Shown here: one piece after another, positions 56,030 through 64,000 of the stretch | How positions within the stretch are numbered: position 1 is the stretch's first letter | Layout: each line of letters starts with the position of its first letter | Origin: Elusimicrobia bacterium GWB2_63_22 | GTDB taxonomy: Bacteria > Elusimicrobiota > Elusimicrobia > Elusimicrobiales > UBA9959 | Assembly: GCA_001799735.1 (NCBI GenBank) | Contig: MGUA01000006.1 | Location: 13,733-77,732, forward strand | Length of the DNA stretch: 64,000 nt | Direction of reading: 5' to 3' | The notes under the pieces: generated by a model | The model's input: the letters and a program-made list of their open reading frames with translations, nothing else | What the model was told of the DNA's origin: nothing | Database searches by the model: none | Position numbers and translations under genes: made by a program

Positions 56030-56246
56030 TGTTGACTGCGCGGCCCCAAATATATAATATATAGATATCCTATTGAAAAGCCCTAAAAGGGGCCTTTTCT
56101 GTTCATTATTTCGTAACTATTTTCACCCATAAAACGGTAGCGAACACGGGTGTTAAAAAAGTTATCAACAGAAAAAGTGCTTAAAAAACAAGCGTTTTTA
56201 TACCGCGAAAACATTTTACTAACAGTTGTGGATAACTTGTGGATAA
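56030..56246. promoter_or_regulatory. oriC upstream part / dnaA promoter with DnaA boxes
   Basis: AT-rich; TTGACT-N17-TAATAT (56032-56060); TTATCAACA 56162-56170; two perfect TGTGGATAA at 56227-56235 and 56238-56246. Confidence 0.85.
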
Positions 56247-57591
56247 CTTAACCGATATCAAGGAAGTCTGGCAAAAAGTGGTCGCTGAACTGGGTTCCGA
56301 TATAGGAACACAGGCGATTGACCTCTGGATACGCCCGATAAAGGCCCTTTTCATAGAAGGAGACACCCTCAAGCTCGAGGTGCCCGACTCCATTATTTAC
56401 GACACGGTAAAGCAGCGCTACGAAGAGAAGATCACCGCGCTGCTGGCCGCGCATACCGGCCGCGAGCTGAAACTCAACTACTCCATGTCGCTCGCCCCGT
56501 CGGAGCCGCCGCCCCAGTCCAAGGCCTCTCCGGCGGCGGCCGCGCTGCCCGCGGGTTATTTCTCCTTCAACCCCAACTACACTTTCGAGTCATTTATTAT
56601 GGGCACGTCCAACCGCTTCGCCTTCGCCTCGGCGGAAGGCGTGGCCAAGACGCCGGGCCAGACCAATCCTTATTTCATCTACAGCGCGCCCGGCCTGGGC
56701 AAGACCCACCTGCTGCACGCCATCGCCCACGGCATCATGAAGAACAACTCCGGCGCCCGCATCCTCTACACGGCCAGCGAGAATTTCGTCAATGAATATA
56801 TAGACGCGGTGCGCGGCGGCGCAGCGGAGCAGTTCCGCAGCAAGTACCGCAAGCTGGATTGCCTGCTGCTCGACGACATCCAGTTCCTGGTGGACAAGGA
56901 GCGCAGCGAAGAGGAATTCTTCTACACCTTCAACTCCCTGTTCGAGTCCAAGAAGCAGATCGTGGTCACCTCCGACCGGCCCCCGCGGGAACTGGCCCTG
57001 GGCCAGCGCCTTATCTCCCGCTTCCTGTCGGGCGTGGTAGCCGACATAAAGATCCCGGATTTCGAGACGCGCGTGGCCATCCTGCGCCAGAAGCGCGACG
57101 GGCACCGGTACGACATCCCCGACGACGTCATCACCTTCATAGCGGAGAACGTAAAAAAGAACATCCGCGAACTGGAAGGCTGCCTGATCACGGTAGGCAA
57201 TTTCTGCACCAACATGAGGATACAGCCCTCCATAGACGCGGTCCGCGAGATCATCAAGGACCACATAGCCGACCAGGACCACGAAGACAAGAAGATCACC
57301 ATAGAGCTCATAAAAGGCGTGGTTTCTGACAAGTACAACATAGAGCAGAAAGATTTCAATTCCAAGAAGCGCAGCGAGGTTATAGCTTTTCCCCGGCAGG
57401 TGGCCATGTATCTGGCCTGCAACCTCACAGAACTGTCCCTTAACGACATTGGCGACGCTTTCGGCCGCGACCACGCCACGGTTATCTACGCAAAGAACAA
57501 AATAGGCCAGATGGTGCAGACCGACCCCTATTTTAACGAGACGCTGAACCAGATAATTTCTAAAATAAAAGCTGTTAATAACCAGGGTTAA
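56239..57591 (+). CDS. dnaA: Chromosomal replication initiator DnaA
   Basis: NPNYTFESF, GLGKTHLL, LLDDIQF, NIRELEG, RQVAMYL, GRDHATV; GTG start. Confidence 0.98.
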   Translation: MDNLTDIKEVWQKVVAELGSDIGTQAIDLWIRPIKALFIEGDTLKLEVPDSIIYDTVKQRYEEKITALLAAHTGRELKLNYSMSLAPSEPPPQSKASPAAAALPAGYFSFNPNYTFESFIMGTSNRFAFASAEGVAKTPGQTNPYFIYSAPGLGKTHLLHAIAHGIMKNNSGARILYTASENFVNEYIDAVRGGAAEQFRSKYRKLDCLLLDDIQFLVDKERSEEEFFYTFNSLFESKKQIVVTSDRPPRELALGQRLISRFLSGVVADIKIPDFETRVAILRQKRDGHRYDIPDDVITFIAENVKKNIRELEGCLITVGNFCTNMRIQPSIDAVREIIKDHIADQDHEDKKITIELIKGVVSDKYNIEQKDFNSKKRSEVIAFPRQVAMYLACNLTELSLNDIGDAFGRDHATVIYAKNKIGQMVQTDPYFNETLNQIISKIKAVNNQG

Positions 57592-57721
57592 AAGGCTAAC
57601 AGAAAGTCAGTAAGCCCGTTTTGTGTCAGGACTGTCAGTAAAATCGGATAAGCTGTTAATAACTTTCTCCAATGATTTCAACCGCTTTGACACTATAAAC
57701 AGCCTACTCTTATAGAGGACT
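57570..57721. promoter_or_regulatory. oriC downstream part (dnaA-dnaN intergenic; degenerate DnaA boxes, probable unwinding element)
   Basis: AT-rich; TGTTAATAA at 57573-57581 and 57654-57662; CTATAAACA-GCC-TACTCTTAT at 57693-57713. Confidence 0.6.
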
Positions 57722-58843
57722 ATGATGATGAAAATAAACAGTAATAGGGAAACCTTGATAAAAGGGATCCAGACCATACAGGCCGGCGTTTCTTCCAAGA
57801 CCGGCACTATACCTATATTACAGAACTTCCTGATGGAGACCGAGGACAAGGGCCTCAAAGTGGTCTTCACGGACCTGGAGATGGCCATAAAACACCATAT
57901 ACCGGTGGACATCAAGGGCGAAGGCAGCATAACGGTGCCGATAAAGAAGTTCATGGAGATAGTCCAGAACCTGGGAGAGGACTCCGAGGTCAACATAGCT
58001 GTGGATGAGAATAGCCGCATCTCCATACACAGCGGCAAGTCCCGCTTCAAACTGGGAGGCGCCCCCAAGAACGATTACCCGGTCATCCCGGACCTGGATG
58101 AGAGCAATTCCTTCAAGGTGCCGGCCAAGCTCCTGGCCGAGATGATCAGCAGCACCATCTTCTCCGCCTCCACCGAGGACGACAGGCATTTCCTCAACGG
58201 CCTGCTCTGGAAATATGAGGGTGACCTGTTCTCCCTGGTAGCCACGGACGGCCGCCGCCTGGCCATCGCCTCCTCCAAGAAGGTTAAGGCCAAGAAAGAA
58301 TTCAAGGTTATCGTGCCCTCCAAGATACTGGGCGAACTGGCCCGTTTCATAAAGGGTGCTGGAGTGAAGGACGCGGAAGAAGTGACCGTGGGCCTCTCCT
58401 CCAACCAGATCGGCTTCAAGATCGGCAAGACCGTGTTCATCTCCAGGCTGGTGGAGGGAAACTTCCCCGCCTACGAGCAGATCATCCCCAAGAGCCACGA
58501 GATAGAGATCAACCTTAACGCCGAAAAGCTGATGGCCGTCACCAAGAGGGCCGCCATCTGCTCCAACGAGCGCTCCGGGGCCGTGAAGTATACCTTCAAG
58601 CCCGGCGCCCTGGTGGTGAACTCCGCCTCTCAGAGCATGGATTTCGAGGACGAGATAGAGACAGACTACAAAGGCAAGGAATTCCAGATCAGCTTCAACC
58701 CCAAGTTCGTGATGGACATCCTCAAAGCCGCCGGCAACAGCGACCTGACCGCGGAGTTCACCTCCCCGGCCACGCCAGCCCTGCTGCGCATGAAGGGCCG
58801 TGAAGAGCTGCTCTACATTGTGATGCCCCTGCGCACCCAGTAA
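57722..58843 (+). CDS. dnaN: DNA polymerase III beta clamp
   Basis: IPILQN, TDLEM, ATDGRRL, SRLVEGNFP, IVMPLR; start may be the 2nd or 3rd Met. Confidence 0.97.
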   Translation: MMMKINSNRETLIKGIQTIQAGVSSKTGTIPILQNFLMETEDKGLKVVFTDLEMAIKHHIPVDIKGEGSITVPIKKFMEIVQNLGEDSEVNIAVDENSRISIHSGKSRFKLGGAPKNDYPVIPDLDESNSFKVPAKLLAEMISSTIFSASTEDDRHFLNGLLWKYEGDLFSLVATDGRRLAIASSKKVKAKKEFKVIVPSKILGELARFIKGAGVKDAEEVTVGLSSNQIGFKIGKTVFISRLVEGNFPAYEQIIPKSHEIEINLNAEKLMAVTKRAAICSNERSGAVKYTFKPGALVVNSASQSMDFEDEIETDYKGKEFQISFNPKFVMDILKAAGNSDLTAEFTSPATPALLRMKGREELLYIVMPLRTQ

Positions 58844-58844
58844 T

Positions 58845-59150
58845 ATGTTCCTGGAGCGCAAGAAACAGAACTGGACCAGGGCGAACGACGTTTGCACGTC
58901 CTGGCGGTTCATGGGCTCGGCCGGCCTGGACAGGCTGGCCCTGCTGGACGCGGTGTGGAAGAAAGAGATGGGGCGCCTCGGCGAACATTGTGTCCTGCTC
59001 GGAGTGGAGCGCAACTGCATCCTGGTAAAGCCGTCCTCGGCGGCCGCCGCCAGCGAGCTGGCGCTGCGCAGTTCGGTCCTGGTAAAGGGACTAAACAAGT
59101 ATTTCAAGACGCCGTGGATAAAGGCCATAAAACCGGCCAGCAGCATTTAG
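58845..59150 (+). CDS. dciA: DciA (DUF721)-like helicase loader
   Basis: About 100 aa between dnaN and gyrB; W...G...H......L.V...S.A..SEL pattern. Confidence 0.7.
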   Translation: MFLERKKQNWTRANDVCTSWRFMGSAGLDRLALLDAVWKKEMGRLGEHCVLLGVERNCILVKPSSAAAASELALRSSVLVKGLNKYFKTPWIKAIKPASSI

Positions 59151-59157
59151 ACTTTAA

Positions 59158-61659
<2,502 letters not shown>

Positions 61660-61674
61660 TTAACGGAGCAACAA

Positions 61675-64000
61675 ATGGCAGACCATAAAGACCTTACACC
61701 CAAGCAGACGGAAAACATGTTCATCAACATCGTTGACCGCGACATCAGCGAGGAGATGCGCTCCTCCTACATAGACTACTCCATGAGCGTCATCGTGGGC
61801 CGGGCCCTGCCCGACGTGCGCGACGGCCTGAAACCCGTGCACCGCCGCGTGCTCTACACCATGGACGACATGGGCCTGCAGCACAACAAGCCCTTCAAGA
61901 AATCCGCCCGCATAGTCGGCGACGTGATGGGTAAGTACCACCCGCACGGCGACGCCTCCATCTATGACACGCTGGTCCGCATGGCCCAGCCGTTCAGCCT
62001 CCGCTACATGCTCGTGGACGGCCAGGGCAACTTCGGCTCGGTGGACGGCGACCCCGCGGCCGCCATGCGTTACACCGAGGCCCGCCTCTCCGGCATCGCC
62101 GGCGAGCTGCTGGCCGACATAGAAAAAGAAACGGTCAAGTTCGTGCCCAACTACGACGGCTCCATGACAGAGCCGTCCGTGCTGCCGGGCAAGCTCCCTA
62201 ACCTCCTGGTCAACGGCTCCTCCGGCATCGCCGTGGGTATGGCCACCAATATCCCCACCCATAACCTCGCCGAAGTCTGCGAGGCCACCATCGCCGTCAT
62301 CGAGAAGCCCGAGATCGACGTCAAGGACCTGATGAAGATCATCAAGGGCCCCGACTTCCCGACCGGCGGCATTATCCGCGGCCGCAAAGGCATCAAGGAT
62401 TACTTCGAGACCGGCCGCGGTTCCATCACCACCCAGGCCCGCGCCGAGATAGAGGAGATGAAGGGCAACCGCGAGTGCATCGTGGTCACCGAGATCCCCT
62501 ACCAGGTCAACAAGGCCACCCTCATCGAGAACATCGCCAACCTCGTCAAGGAAAAGAAGATCCCGGACATTTCCGACCTGCGCGACGAGTCCGACCGCCG
62601 CGGCATGCGCATCGTCATAGAGATCAAGCGCGACGGCAACGCCCAGGTGGTCCTGAACCAGCTCTACAAGCACACGCAGATGGAAGCCAGCTTCGGCGTG
62701 ATCATGCTGGCCATCGTGGACGGCCGCCCGCGCGTGCTGCCTATCAAAGAAGTGATGCTGCAGTACGTGCGCCACCGCCGCCTGATGGTGGTGAACCGCA
62801 CCAAGTACGACCTTAAAAAAGCCCTGGCCCGCGCCCACATCCTGGAAGGCTACCTGATAGCCCTGCAGAACATCGACGCCGTCGTCGAGATCATCAAGAA
62901 GGCCAAGGACGCGCTGGAAGCCAAGATGAAGCTGATGTCCAAGTTCGCGCTGAGCGACATCCAGGCCCAGGCCATCCTCGACATGCGCCTGCACCAGCTC
63001 ACCCGCCTGGAAGTCGGCGCCATCGAAGAGGAACACAAAGCCCTGATGAAGCTCATCGGCGAGCTGCGCGCCATCCTGGCCGACCCCAAGCGCGTCCTGA
63101 AGATCATAGTGGACGAGCTCAAGGAGATGAGGGACAAGTACGGCGACAAACGCCAGACCGAGATCACCGGCGAAGCCGCAGAGCTCGACATCGAGGACCT
63201 CATCCCCGAAGAAGACGTCATCATCACCATGAGCCACGGCGGCTACATCAAGCGCATCGCGGCCGACACCTACAAGGTGCAGGGCCGGGGCGGCAAGGGC
63301 ATCATCGGTTCCGACGTGAAAGAGGAGGACTTCATCGAGAAGCTCTTCGTCACCTCCAGCCACGCCACCATCCTGATGTTCACCACCCGCGGCAAGGTGT
63401 ACGCGCTCAAGGGCTACGAGATCCCCGAGGGCAACCGCACCTCGCGCGGCAAAGCCATAGTGAACCTGCTGCAGATCAAGGACGAGCGGGTCACCTCGGT
63501 GCTCGCCATCGAATCCTTCGCCGAAGCCAAGGGCAAGGAGAGCTTCATTGTGATGTGCACCCGCAAGGGCAACATCAAGAAGACGCCGATAGGCGACTTC
63601 GCCAACATCCGGCGCGGCGGCATTATCGCCATCGGCCTGGAGGACGGCGACATCCTGACCTCCGTGGGCCATACCGACGGCAAGTACGAGATCATCATCG
63701 GCACCAAAGAGGGCATGTCCATCCGCTTCAGCGAATCCGACGTGCGCTCCATGGGCCGCGGCGCCATGGGCGTGCGCGGCATCCGCCTGGACGATAAAGA
63801 CACCGTCATAGGCATGGAAGTGGCCGAACCCAAGACCAGGAAGACGCTGCTGACCGTTTGCGAGAACGGCTTCGGCAAGCGCACCGACCTGGACGAGTAC
63901 CGCCACCAGGGCCGCGGCGGCTCGGGCGTGATCACCATAAAGGCCACCGACCGCAACGGCGCGGTAGTGGGCATCTACCTGGTGGAGAACAAGGACCACC
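61675..64000 (+). CDS. gyrA: DNA gyrase subunit A, 3'-partial
   Basis: SD GGAG, ATG 61675; read from [32 protein letters not shown], GyrA-box QGRGGKG; runs off the window so it is missing from the ORF track. Confidence 0.97.
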   Translation, partial: MADHKDLTPKQTENMFINIVDRDISEEMRSSYIDYSMSVIVGRALPDVRDGLKPVHRRVLYTMDDMGLQHNKPFKKSARIVGDVMGKYHPHGDASIYDTLVRMAQPFSLRYMLVDGQGNFGSVDGDPAAAMRYTEARLSGIAGELLADIEKETVKFVPNYDGSMTEPSVLPGKLPNLLVNGSSGIAVGMATNIPTHNLAEVCEATIAVIEKPEIDVKDLMKIIKGPDFPTGGIIRGRKGIKDYFETGRGSITTQARAEIEEMKGNRECIVVTEIPYQVNKATLIENIANLVKEKKIPDISDLRDESDRRGMRIVIEIKRDGNAQVVLNQLYKHTQMEASFGVIMLAIVDGRPRVLPIKEVMLQYVRHRRLMVVNRTKYDLKKALARAHILEGYLIALQNIDAVVEIIKKAKDALEAKMKLMSKFALSDIQAQAILDMRLHQLTRLEVGAIEEEHKALMKLIGELRAILADPKRVLKIIVDELKEMRDKYGDKRQTEITGEAAELDIEDLIPEEDVIITMSHGGYIKRIAADTYKVQGRGGKGIIGSDVKEEDFIEKLFVTSSHATILMFTTRGKVYALKGYEIPEGNRTSRGKAIVNLLQIKDERVTSVLAIESFAEAKGKESFIVMCTRKGNIKKTPIGDFANIRRGGIIAIGLEDGDILTSVGHTDGKYEIIIGTKEGMSIRFSESDVRSMGRGAMGVRGIRLDDKDTVIGMEVAEPKTRKTLLTVCENGFGKRTDLDEYRHQGRGGSGVITIKATDRNGAVVGIYLVENKDH

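Overview
High-GC bacterial chromosomal window that contains the replication origin. The lineage is inferred, not proven, to be Elusimicrobiota-like, from the PorV-family barrels paired with CTD-bearing cargo proteins, the GT-C/TPR paralogs and frequent ATA Ile codons. Right end: tldE-tldD, an AT-rich oriC with DnaA boxes on both sides of dnaA, then dnaA-dnaN-dciA-gyrB-gyrA(partial); recF is absent. Genes left of the origin are mostly on the minus strand: nadD/yqeK-LytR_C-pilT-cNMP-rsfS-argS, a catabolic-type OTCase, an ECF sigma/DUF4097 module, nifU, PHP-GDPD-nadA-rlmN, a sarcosine-oxidase/proline-dehydrogenase-like pair, tolC-macA-macB, dus, mutS, mutL and pyrC-pyrD-pyrF-pyrE; folD is on the plus strand. 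No rRNA, tRNA, CRISPR array or transposase was recognised. The most notable observations are: two cassettes pairing a T9SS-like CTD cargo with a dedicated PorV-like barrel; a duplicated ECF promoter (TGAAAC-N16-TGTCATAT) with an unannotated 40-aa ORF; a 24-bp perfect inverted-repeat mini-element; a ~130-nt branched structured element between nadA and rlmN; a pyrF leader hairpin placed as for start-site-switch control; a probable ATT start codon; several apparently leaderless genes; and an RsfS with a histone-H1-like tail. All calls come from reading the sequence and translations; no searches were run.
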